Positions 28,490-36,346 of a stretch of DNA of 64,000 bases are shown here, piece after piece (the stretch's first letter is position 1; each line of letters begins with the position of its first letter). The notes under the pieces were generated by a model. The model saw only the letters and a program-made list of their open reading frames with translations, did no database searches and was not told the DNA's origin. Made by a program: the position numbers and the translations under genes. The stretch comes from Verrucomicrobiota bacterium (lineage in GTDB: Bacteria > Verrucomicrobiota > Kiritimatiellia > JAKQHR01): assembly GCA_029557905.1 (NCBI GenBank), contig JAKQHR010000015.1:1557-65556 (forward strand). Direction: 5' to 3'.

Positions 28490-29060
28490 CTGAAAAACCT
28501 CAAAAAACGGCCCAAAATGGCCAAAAACAGCCAAAAAACGGCCAAAAATGGTCAAAAACGGCCAAAAAACGCCCAAAAACGGCCTGAAAACGGGTTCTTC
28601 TACGATTTTCGTGGGAACATTGGTCGAAATGGAACTGGCTGCGGGGAAGAAATAAAGAACAGGACACAGCCAGATACAGGAGCTGGGAACATAATTTCCC
28701 GGAGAATCGGCGTGATCATGGCGGCGGTGTAGTAGCGCCTCTGTGAGGCGCATTCTGAAACATATGCCGCTCGCAGAGCGGCTACTACACCAGAACCCCT
28801 GCAAATAAAGGCGTTCCCGGCTGTTGTGATCATGGAACGACGAACATGAAAAGCCGTCTGTGAATTCGTGTGAAAGCGGCGTCCAGCCGCCGCACTCCAA
28901 AGCGCCGCGAAGGTGGCGCAACGTTTATCATTTAACGCCAGAAGTTGATTTGGATATCAAAACCTTCCACGATAATTGACGAAGAACCCAAAAATGGCCC
29001 AAAACGGCCTGAAAACGCCCAAAAACGTGAAAAATTCGAATTAGTACTAATTTAGTACTA
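28490..29060. repeat. Phased A-tract array (about 10-11 bp unit, e.g. CCAAAAACGG) ending in TAGTACTAATTTAGTACTA, copy 1, interrupted by a MITE
   Basis: A4-A6 tracts recur at 28493-28590 and 28990-29037; palindrome at 29042-29060. Confidence 0.85.
28593..28988. mobile_element. Non-autonomous ISL3-like MITE, copy 1 (396 bp)
   Basis: Terminal IRs GGTTCTTCTACGATTTTCGTGG / GGTTCTTCGTCAATTATCGTGG (18/22). Reverse-complement homolog of 63318-63721. No transposase ORF. Confidence 0.72.
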
Positions 29061-29099
29061 TATAACCGCCTCCAGTCTCTGCATTTCCTTCAGCCTTCT

Positions 29100-29460
29100 T
29101 TATCATTCTGACTCCTGACTTCTGAATCCTGACTCCTGTCTTTTTTCCCACTTTCTTCTGGCATTCCGCTCCGCCCCTGCGTTATTCTTCGGAACGGCGA
29201 GGGGGTCCAGGAGGACGGACTGAAAGTGAACGACAGACCGGAAACGGCAGGACTCGCGCTGAACACACCCCATACCTGTAACCTTTCTTTTCACCATCAC
29301 GAACCTGAAGATTTCTCGCGCAGGGGCGCAGGGACGCGGAGGGGATGAATAGATATTTCACCGCAAAGAACGCAAGAGAGCGCAGAGAATTAACTGCATA
29401 AAACGCGGAATGGACGAAAGAAGAAGCGGCGCGCGGAAACACAGAAAAGAACGGAACGAA
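29100..29460. repeat. Low-complexity short-period repeats (TCCTGAC/TTCTGAA heptamers, CGCAAAGAACGCAAG-type motifs)
   Basis: attctgactcctgacttctgaatcctgactcctg at about 29106-29139; motifs at 29325-29390 recur at 32490-32632. Confidence 0.6.
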
Positions 29461-29518
29461 TGTTAGATGTTAAGACCCGACCCCATTAACCATTAAGTAA
29501 CGAAGATACAACCCTAAC

Positions 29519-29525
29519 GTTAGGC
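29519..29525 (+). other. Integron core site R' (GTTAGGC) of a degenerate attC or attI preceding cassette 1
   Basis: ccctaacGTTAGGC is the exact complement of the R'' GCCTAAC closing cassette 1. The upstream arm is not clearly recognisable. Confidence 0.7.
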
Positions 29526-29540
29526 ATTAAGGAGACAGCT

Positions 29541-30230
29541 ATGGCGAAAATGAAAAGGCAGTTTATTCCCAATCAGGTCTTTGTTGGTCTCCCGTGGAAA
29601 AATGTACGCCCACGATACGAGCGCATTATCACTTCGCTCAACAAAAAGTATCCACTTCACTTCACGATAGTCGGACGGGATGATGGACAAAATGCTGTGG
29701 CGTTATTCGAGGTTATTAAGGATCGCATTGCCTCCTCAAGCTATGCGATTTTCGATGCCACGGGAGGAAACGCAAATGTATCACTCGAATATGGGTATGC
29801 CGAGGGGATTGAAGTCCCCAGATCGCTCTTCTTGAGCTCACATAAAGCGGCGCGTAAAGCCTCTGCAGGTGATCCAATTATTTCGGATCTGATCGGTATG
29901 CGCCGAGTTCCATACAAGACAGAATCAGTTCTCTCCAAAGAACTAAACAGCTTTAGCCGTAACCATGATTTTACAAAGCGATTCGAAAAGGCGTTGTTTG
30001 TCATTCTGAAAGGCAAAATAAAAGGTAAAAAGAAGAGCGGCCGCGCTCTGGCCCTAAAGATCATTCATTCGCTCGGCGGAAAGTCTCAAATACGCCGAGC
30101 TGAACTCATTCAACATTTTCAGGCGCAAAGCTATGAAGTCAAGGACATCGAAACAATGTTGAAGGGATTGCATCAACAAAAGATAGTCAAATGCTCTGTC
30201 GGGAAGTACTCCGATGTGAACATTGCCTAA
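29541..30230 (+). CDS. Cassette 1: nucleoside deoxyribosyltransferase-like/TIR-like domain plus C-terminal winged-helix-like domain
   Basis: VFVGLPW and IASSSYAIFDATGGNANVSLEYGYAEG (IaDlT..NpNV.yElGyA signature); basic helical C-terminus; RBS AAGGAG; visibly AT-rich. Confidence 0.75.
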   Translation: MAKMKRQFIPNQVFVGLPWKNVRPRYERIITSLNKKYPLHFTIVGRDDGQNAVALFEVIKDRIASSSYAIFDATGGNANVSLEYGYAEGIEVPRSLFLSSHKAARKASAGDPIISDLIGMRRVPYKTESVLSKELNSFSRNHDFTKRFEKALFVILKGKIKGKKKSGRALALKIIHSLGGKSQIRRAELIQHFQAQSYEVKDIETMLKGLHQQKIVKCSVGKYSDVNIA

Positions 30231-30301
30231 CAAAGCACTTCACACTTATAAAATGGGCCGCGCAGACGAGTCCCGTTACAAGGGTGAGGCCGACGTTCGA
30301 T
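30225..30301 (+). other. attC site 1
   Basis: GCCTAAC overlaps the stop codon; L boxes CTTCAC/GTGAGG; ends GTTCGAT. Confidence 0.82.
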
Positions 30302-30316
30302 TACAGATGAGAGGAA

Positions 30317-30904
30317 ATGCGTATGACTAATAATCCAAAGAGCCTTAAACGGTTTAAGTGGGTAGTAGAAATACTCGGCCCATCTATTATTGCAGCATTA
30401 GCCGTTATTGCCGGGGTCGTTCTTGGCGAGAAGAGAGCCTATAAGGCTGCGGAAGGGGAGGTGCGTGCGGAATTGAAAAAGGAGATGTACCAGGCACAAG
30501 CTAAGTACCTGCAAAATCTTAGGATATTAACAGAGCTCGGGGAAAGACTCACTAGTATGACATTCCATGAAAAGTGGATCGATCAAAATGGAGAATTGGT
30601 TGCAGAAGACAATATCGGGATAACGCGGATCTTCCCATCGGTCATTAATGAGACCGAAACGAAATCGAAATGGACAAATATAGCGGCCCAAACAAGACTT
30701 GCGGAAGATGTCATCGACCCAGATATCTATTTGGCCTTTAAAGATCTAGTAAACTTAGTTGATGAATATCCCTGGCCAACTGAAATGAATGTATCAGAAG
30801 TAGAAAAGTCTGGTTGGGCAGAGAAAGACCGTGTTGGAAGGTGGCTGATGTTAAATAAATATCTTGTTCTTAAACTAGATAAATACAAGTTCCTTGAGGA
30901 GTAG
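30317..30904 (+). CDS. Cassette 2: hypothetical protein with N-terminal TM helix
   Basis: Single ORF bounded by GTTCGAT and ATCGAAC core sites; TM at ILGPSIIAALAVIAGVVLG; AT-rich. Confidence 0.75.
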   Translation: MRMTNNPKSLKRFKWVVEILGPSIIAALAVIAGVVLGEKRAYKAAEGEVRAELKKEMYQAQAKYLQNLRILTELGERLTSMTFHEKWIDQNGELVAEDNIGITRIFPSVINETETKSKWTNIAAQTRLAEDVIDPDIYLAFKDLVNLVDEYPWPTEMNVSEVEKSGWAEKDRVGRWLMLNKYLVLKLDKYKFLEE

Positions 30905-30924
30905 TATTCCTTGTCTGAACAATA

Positions 30925-31028
30925 ATCGAACCACGGGCTGGAGTCTGCCGGTGCCCGCCGCGCGTCGCTGAAGCTATGCAGGGCGAGCCTGCGATTGAAG
31001 CACCGGAGACTCACCCCTAACGTTAGAA
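30925..31028 (+). other. attC site 2
   Basis: ATCGAAC ... GAGTCT(G)CCGGTGC / GCACCGGAGACTC stem with one extrahelical base ... GTTAGAA. Confidence 0.85.
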
Positions 31029-31041
31029 GGGATGATAAATC

Positions 31042-31980
31042 ATGAGAATACTCGTATTGTTGTTCGCTCTTCTCGGGAACTGCACCATCGGTCTCGCGTT
31101 CAGTGTTCATGATGGCTGGATACAAAGCGTAGCCTATATTGCCAATGAGTCGACTGGGGGTGCTGGCACGGGATTCTTCGTTGCGCGTTCCGTTAGCCCT
31201 GGTCATTCGAAAATCTTCCTCGTGTCGAATAAGCACGTTCTGAACCCCCGAACGCTTGCGCCAACTGAATCGAACGCATATGCTACCGCCACACTCTTCA
31301 TCACAACTGAAAAAGCAGGAGTCTTGTCATTGGAGAAGATACCTATAGTCCTTCGCGAAACCAACGGAAACAGCAAAGTCGTTGGCCACCCACGGGATGA
31401 TGTCGATGTGGCAGTGATGGAAGCGACAAGCTATGTTACCGATCCTTCGGGGGGCCTCAGGCAGGGATACCGCGTCGGATTCGTTGCAGAAGACCAGTTT
31501 GCCACAACTGAGGGCATCACAAACAGCCATCTTTCCGTGGGTGATAGAATCATCCTCCTTGGATATCCGCTCAACCTTGTTGAAGGCAGTAGTGCAATAC
31601 CTGTTGCGCGGGGTGGAACCATTTCAACACCACCTGAGCGCGACTTCCGGGGGACTCCAGTTTTCCTAATCGACTGTCCCACGATCCGCGGATCCAGTGG
31701 AAGTCCAGTATTCAGCCCCTTACGTCCCTGTACTGTCGAGCTCAACGGCATGAACGCCAGCATCAACCCCATGGGCTTTTACGTGCCAGAATTCTTGGGC
31801 ATGGTATCGGCCACAATCCCCGACTGGGAGTTGATTCTAAAGAAAACCGATTCGTTCGGGATGCCTCCAACGGCAATCTCTGTGATGGATACTGCAAACT
31901 TCGGCATTGTGTTTCGCGCCGATTCGATCTCCGAGACCCTCGATCACACTGGATGTATGCGACACCGGGAGAAGAAATAG
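31042..31980 (+). CDS. Cassette 3: secreted trypsin-like serine protease
   Basis: Signal peptide; TGFFV, VSNKHV (His), DVDVA (Asp), GYP and GSSGSP (Ser). Confidence 0.85.
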   Translation: MRILVLLFALLGNCTIGLAFSVHDGWIQSVAYIANESTGGAGTGFFVARSVSPGHSKIFLVSNKHVLNPRTLAPTESNAYATATLFITTEKAGVLSLEKIPIVLRETNGNSKVVGHPRDDVDVAVMEATSYVTDPSGGLRQGYRVGFVAEDQFATTEGITNSHLSVGDRIILLGYPLNLVEGSSAIPVARGGTISTPPERDFRGTPVFLIDCPTIRGSSGSPVFSPLRPCTVELNGMNASINPMGFYVPEFLGMVSATIPDWELILKKTDSFGMPPTAISVMDTANFGIVFRADSISETLDHTGCMRHREKK

Positions 31981-31983
31981 ACC

Positions 31984-32052
31984 TTCTAACAACGGCCTTC
32001 AGATTTTCCAGTGCCCCGCTGGGGTACTGGAAACTGAGGTCGGGCGTTCGAC
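31984..32052 (+). other. attC site 3
   Basis: TTCTAAC ... CCTTCAG-AT-TTTCCAGTGCCCC gct GGGGTACTGGAAA-CTGAGG ... GTTCGAC. Confidence 0.87.
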
Positions 32053-32145
32053 TACAATAATATTTTGTTTTGTTGGGGAGCATTTCTGCAATACCCTGCC
32101 GTCTGTGCCTCAATATAATATCAAAAGACAGGGCTGACCAGGGTT

Positions 32146-32249
32146 CAAAATGGGCCATATAACAGGCCAAAACCGCTTAAAAATGCCTAAAAATGGCCAA
32201 AAAACGCCCCAAAACGTGAAAAATGCGAAATAGTACTAAATTAGTACTA
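32146..32249. repeat. Phased A-tract array ending in TAGTACTAAATTAGTACTA, copy 2 (no MITE)
   Basis: A-tracts at 32147-32225; palindrome at 32231-32249. Confidence 0.85.
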
Positions 32250-32650
32250 TTTAACAGGTGTTCCGCTGAGGAGCATTAACCCGCGAACCGGCTTTGTCCG
32301 GAGGCCTCGTTGGGGCAGGGGCAGTGCGGCTGAGTCTCCGCGCGACAATCCGTTTTGTGCCTTTTGTGCCTTTTCGTGGCCAGCTTCTGAAACGGCGGCA
32401 GAAGAAGATTTACCACCAAGACACCAAGGCGCGGAGTTCCGGAAAAGAATTCACCATGAAGAAAAGAAGATCATGAAGACATAAATTAACCGCAAAAGTG
32501 CGCAAGGAGCGCATAGAAAGTATTCAGCAGTCAGAATGGGGAATCCTTCAACCTTCAACCTGCAACCTTCAACCGTCTTCATCCGTGGTCATGAATCTGA
32601 AGTCTTCTCTGCGTCCCTGCGTCTCCGCGCGAATATCTTCTTGTTCTCCC

Positions 32651-32760
32651 GCAAAAAGGCTCAAAAAGCGCAAAAAATGCCCAAAAACGGCTAAAAACGG
32701 CCAAAAAAGGCCAATTTTTCGTTATTTTTTACGTTTTTTGGTCATTTTTTGCGTTTTTCG
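32651..32760. repeat. Head-to-head A-tract / T-tract array (imperfect inverted repeat)
   Basis: Phased A5-6 tracts at 32653-32708, then phased T5-6 tracts at 32714-32758 whose reverse complement resembles the first half. Confidence 0.72.
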
Positions 32761-32833
32761 CTTGTTGCATTGCGGATGGGATTCATATATGAATGGCGGA
32801 GTTTTTCAGCGGATATCAATGGGAGTTTTTCTT

Positions 32834-33571
32834 ATGAGACTGTTTTTGAGTTTCTTTGTCGCGCTTTGCATGTCCGGCCTTGTCCAGGCTCAGGAACCCG
32901 TGGAGGCTGTGAGCGGAGAATCGGCGCCTGCGGTTGTCGAAGCGGCGGCCGCAGCGGTTGAAGCCGCCGTGGAGGAATCTTCCCCCGAAGCGGCCGGGAC
33001 AATCGAAATCCCCGCGCAGGAAGCCGCCCCGGAACCGGAGCCGTGTGCCGCGCCGGTTAACGGCGTCGCGCTGGTGACGGCCGGTGAGGTGGAGGCCGAT
33101 CTCGCCGCCCGGGTGCAGGCGTATGTGCAGGCCAACCTTTTCACGACGGTTATGCTTCTTGAGCCCATGGAGCTGGCCGAGGGGGCTCTTGACGGGCAGG
33201 CGCAGGCCGCCGTTGCCCGGAAGAAGGAGAACCATCTTGCGGTGCTCGTGCTGGCGTCACTGGAAGGGAATCCGCATCACGGCGCCTCGTATCCTGAGCA
33301 GTCTGTTGCGGTGATCAATGTGGCCGCGCTGCGCCCGGATCCCATGGATGCGGAGCTTTACGGCCGCCGGGTCGAGAAACAGCTGATGAGCGCGGGCGGC
33401 ATCCTGCTGGGCATGGAAATCTGCCCGAATCCGCTGTGCGCCCTGTCTGCCTATATGGACATGGAGCGGCTGGACGCAAAGGGGCGGAATTACTGCCCGC
33501 CGTGCCAGGACCGCGTGAGGAAAATCCTGGAGGCGAAGAACGCCCTGCTGGAGCCGGGTGCGGCACAGTAG
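32834..33571 (+). CDS. Secreted archaemetzincin (peptidase M54)-like protein lacking the HExxH motif
   Basis: Signal peptide MRLFLSFF..., Ala/Glu-rich linker, then RRVEKQLMSAGGILLG..CPNPLCAL....LDAKGRNYCPPC. The ORF-track N-terminal extension is translated repeat DNA. Confidence 0.65.
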   Translation: MRLFLSFFVALCMSGLVQAQEPVEAVSGESAPAVVEAAAAAVEAAVEESSPEAAGTIEIPAQEAAPEPEPCAAPVNGVALVTAGEVEADLAARVQAYVQANLFTTVMLLEPMELAEGALDGQAQAAVARKKENHLAVLVLASLEGNPHHGASYPEQSVAVINVAALRPDPMDAELYGRRVEKQLMSAGGILLGMEICPNPLCALSAYMDMERLDAKGRNYCPPCQDRVRKILEAKNALLEPGAAQ

Positions 33572-33592
33572 GTCCTTCGCAAAGAGCTGCAT

Positions 33593-34867
33593 ATGCTGGA
33601 TATCAAAAAACTGCGGGAAAACCCCGATGAGATTTCGCGCCGCCTCGCTTTGCGCGGCAAGACGTACGATCTGCAGGCCGTGCTGGCCCTGGATCAGGAC
33701 CGCCGCCGCCTGCAGACTGAAACCGAAAAGCTGAAGAGCGAGCGCAATTCCGCCTCGAAGGAAATCGGCCGCATGAAAAAGGCGGGCGAGAGCACGGATG
33801 CCATGCAGGAGTCCGTTCGCAAAACCGGCGAGCGCATTGCGGAAATTGATGCGGAGCTTAAAGGGCTGGAGCAGCGTCAGCATGAGGCGATGCTCATGAT
33901 CCCGAATCTGCCGCACGCAAGCGTTCCCGCCGGCGCCAGCGAGGCGGACAACCAGCTCGTGCGCACATGGGGCTCCCCGCGCGAGTTCAGCTTCACGCCC
34001 GCGCCGCACTGGGATATCGGCGCACGGCTCAGGATTCTGGATTTTGAGCGCGCCGCGCGGATGTCGGGCGCGGGCTTCCCGCTGTTCCGGGGCGCGGGCG
34101 CGCGGCTCGAGCGGGCGCTGATTCAGTTCATGCTGGATCTGCACACGACACAGCACGGCTACACCGAAATTGCGCCGCCCTTCCTGTGCGGCACCGACGC
34201 CATGACCGGCACCGGACAGCTCCCGAAAATGGCGGAGGACATGTATCAGCTTGCGGGCGAACAGCTCTATCTGATTCCAACGGCCGAAGTGCCGGTCACG
34301 AACATCTATCGCGAGGAAATCATCAGCGAGCCGCTGCCCCTGTCATTCGTGGCCTATACGCCCTGTTTCCGGCGCGAGGCCGGCGCGGCGGGCAAGCTGA
34401 CGCGCGGCCTGAACCGCCTGCATCAGTTCGACAAGGTTGAGCTGGTCAAGATCGTTGAGCCCGCGAAATCGTACGAGGCCCACGAGCAGATCGTGTCTCA
34501 TGCCGAGGCCGTCCTGCGGAAACTGGGACTGCATTACCGCGTGCTGGAACTCTGCACCGCGGACATCAGCTTCGCCGCGGCCAAATGCTATGACCTGGAG
34601 CTCTGGGCGCCCGGGCAGAACGCATGGCTGGAAGTTTCCTCCTGCAGCAACTTCGAGGACTTCCAGGCGCGCCGCGCCGGCATCCGCTATCGCAATGCCG
34701 AGGGCCGGGTGGAATATGTGCACACCCTGAACGGCTCGGGCGTCGCGCTGGCGCGGCTCTATGTGGCCATCCTGGAAAACTACCAGGAGGCCGACGGCTC
34801 GGTGGTGATCCCGGAAGTGCTCCGGCCGTACATGGGCGGCCTGGAGCGGATTCAGCCCGCGTCATGA
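33593..34867 (+). CDS. serS: Serine--tRNA ligase
   Basis: MLDIK N-terminus, LIPTAEVP, CFRREAG, RLHQFDKVE, EVSSCSN and HTLNGSG. Confidence 0.98.
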   Translation: MLDIKKLRENPDEISRRLALRGKTYDLQAVLALDQDRRRLQTETEKLKSERNSASKEIGRMKKAGESTDAMQESVRKTGERIAEIDAELKGLEQRQHEAMLMIPNLPHASVPAGASEADNQLVRTWGSPREFSFTPAPHWDIGARLRILDFERAARMSGAGFPLFRGAGARLERALIQFMLDLHTTQHGYTEIAPPFLCGTDAMTGTGQLPKMAEDMYQLAGEQLYLIPTAEVPVTNIYREEIISEPLPLSFVAYTPCFRREAGAAGKLTRGLNRLHQFDKVELVKIVEPAKSYEAHEQIVSHAEAVLRKLGLHYRVLELCTADISFAAAKCYDLELWAPGQNAWLEVSSCSNFEDFQARRAGIRYRNAEGRVEYVHTLNGSGVALARLYVAILENYQEADGSVVIPEVLRPYMGGLERIQPAS

Positions 34868-36249
34868 ACCTGCCCGGCAGGGTTCTGGACTTCATTCTGA
34901 GGGGCGGTCTGCTCAGGGGCGGCGAGCATGTGCTGGCCGCGGTCTCCGGCGGCGCGGACTCAGTGGCCATGCTCCATTTGCTCAGCGATCTCGCCCCGCA
35001 GCTCGGCATCCGGCTTTCCGTCGCGCATTTGAATCACCGGCTGCGGGGGCGTGAGGCCGCGCGCGACGCGCGGTTTGTTGAACAGCTCGCGAAAAGTTTG
35101 GGCATGCCTTTCATGGGTTCATCCTGCGAGGTCAGGAAACTCGCGCGCGAGCGGAACGTTTCCGTGGAAATGGCCGCCCGCATGGCCCGTTACAAATTCC
35201 TGGCCGAAGCCCGGGAAAAGCTTGGCGCGGATTGCGTGGCGGTGGCCCATAACTCCGATGATCAGGTTGAGACGGTCCTGCTCAAGCTCGCCCGCGGAAG
35301 CGTGGCCGGGCTGGGCGGCATGAAGGCCGTCACTGCCTGGGGCGGCCTGCGGGTGATCCGTCCGCTGCTGGGCACTCCGCGTCCGGAAATCATGCGCTAC
35401 CTGAAGGGCCGCCGGCTGGAATGGGTTGAGGACTCCAGCAACGCCGGCCGGAAGCATTTGCGCAACCGCGTCCGGCACGAGGTCATCCCGCTGATCGAAA
35501 AGGAGCTTAATCCGCAGTTCCGCAAAGCCGTGCTCCAGACGGCCGGGATCGTCGCTGAGGATCAGGAGTGGCTGGATGAACTCTCGGTGGCCCTGCTGAA
35601 AAAATGTTCGGTCGGCGAGGGCCTTTCCATGCAGAAGCTCAACCGGCTGCATCCCGCCGCCCGCCGCCGCGTGCTGATGCTGTGGCTTCAGCCCTGCGGA
35701 GATGTTACGTTTGAACTGCTGAAGCGAATCGAAGTCGTGCTGGCCGGCGAAAAGGGGAGCCAGTGGGTCCCGGGGCCGGGCGGTTTGCGCGTCGGCCGGC
35801 GCTACGATCTTCTTGTCCTTGAAACCGCCCGGGAGGGAAAAGGATTCAACCGCCCGGTGAAGATCCCGGGTGCGACGGCGCTGAAGAAGCAGTATCTGGT
35901 CGTGACGGCCGAAAGGTGCCGGACGCTCAGCCGGCAGGCCGGCGGGAAGATCGGGGAATATCCGGCATGGGCGTGCGTCAATGCCTCTGTTCTGAAGGGG
36001 CGCGGACTGCGTGTGCGGTCGTGGCGGGCAGGGGACCGGTTCGCGCCGCTGGGCATTGCGGGCACGAAAAAGATTCAGGACATCTTTGTGGACGCCAAGA
36101 TTCCGCAGGCCCTGCGCGGGGATATCCCGCTGTTCGCGGCGGGCGACGAAATCATCTGGATTCCGGGCTATCGCGTTGCGCGCAGCGCGGCCGTGACCGA
36201 CCCGTCGAAAGGGGTCATTCTTCTGCGCGTCGAACGCGGAAACTCCTGA
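34864..36249 (+). CDS. tilS: tRNA(Ile)-lysidine synthetase
   Basis: AVSGGADS, AHNSDDQVET, IRPLL and RNRVRH. Start at the ATGA overlap with serS. Confidence 0.95.
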   Translation: MNLPGRVLDFILRGGLLRGGEHVLAAVSGGADSVAMLHLLSDLAPQLGIRLSVAHLNHRLRGREAARDARFVEQLAKSLGMPFMGSSCEVRKLARERNVSVEMAARMARYKFLAEAREKLGADCVAVAHNSDDQVETVLLKLARGSVAGLGGMKAVTAWGGLRVIRPLLGTPRPEIMRYLKGRRLEWVEDSSNAGRKHLRNRVRHEVIPLIEKELNPQFRKAVLQTAGIVAEDQEWLDELSVALLKKCSVGEGLSMQKLNRLHPAARRRVLMLWLQPCGDVTFELLKRIEVVLAGEKGSQWVPGPGGLRVGRRYDLLVLETAREGKGFNRPVKIPGATALKKQYLVVTAERCRTLSRQAGGKIGEYPAWACVNASVLKGRGLRVRSWRAGDRFAPLGIAGTKKIQDIFVDAKIPQALRGDIPLFAAGDEIIWIPGYRVARSAAVTDPSKGVILLRVERGNS

Positions 36250-36346
36250 CGCGCTCTTCTTAATCGCCGCGGCCGCCTCATATCCGTTGCAAAGTTGGAT
36301 GGGCGGTGTTAGATTCGGCATTCATTGCAACTTGGGATGGAGAAAG

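Noticed and set aside
28367-28921. ORFs 28367-28732, 28382-28921 and 28600-28833 as genes or a transposase
   Set aside because: Translations of A-tract and MITE DNA (KNGQKRPK-type); no RBS or DDE motif.
29080-29540. intI integrase gene or remnant beside the array
   Set aside because: No tyrosine recombinase motifs in any frame; the interval is repeat DNA.
29541-30230. Complete retron or Thoeris system
   Set aside because: No reverse transcriptase, msr-msd or ThsA partner; the gene is a self-contained cassette.
32498-32833. N-terminal extension of the 357-aa ORF
   Set aside because: Runs through heptamer and A-tract repeats; a signal peptide starts at 32834.
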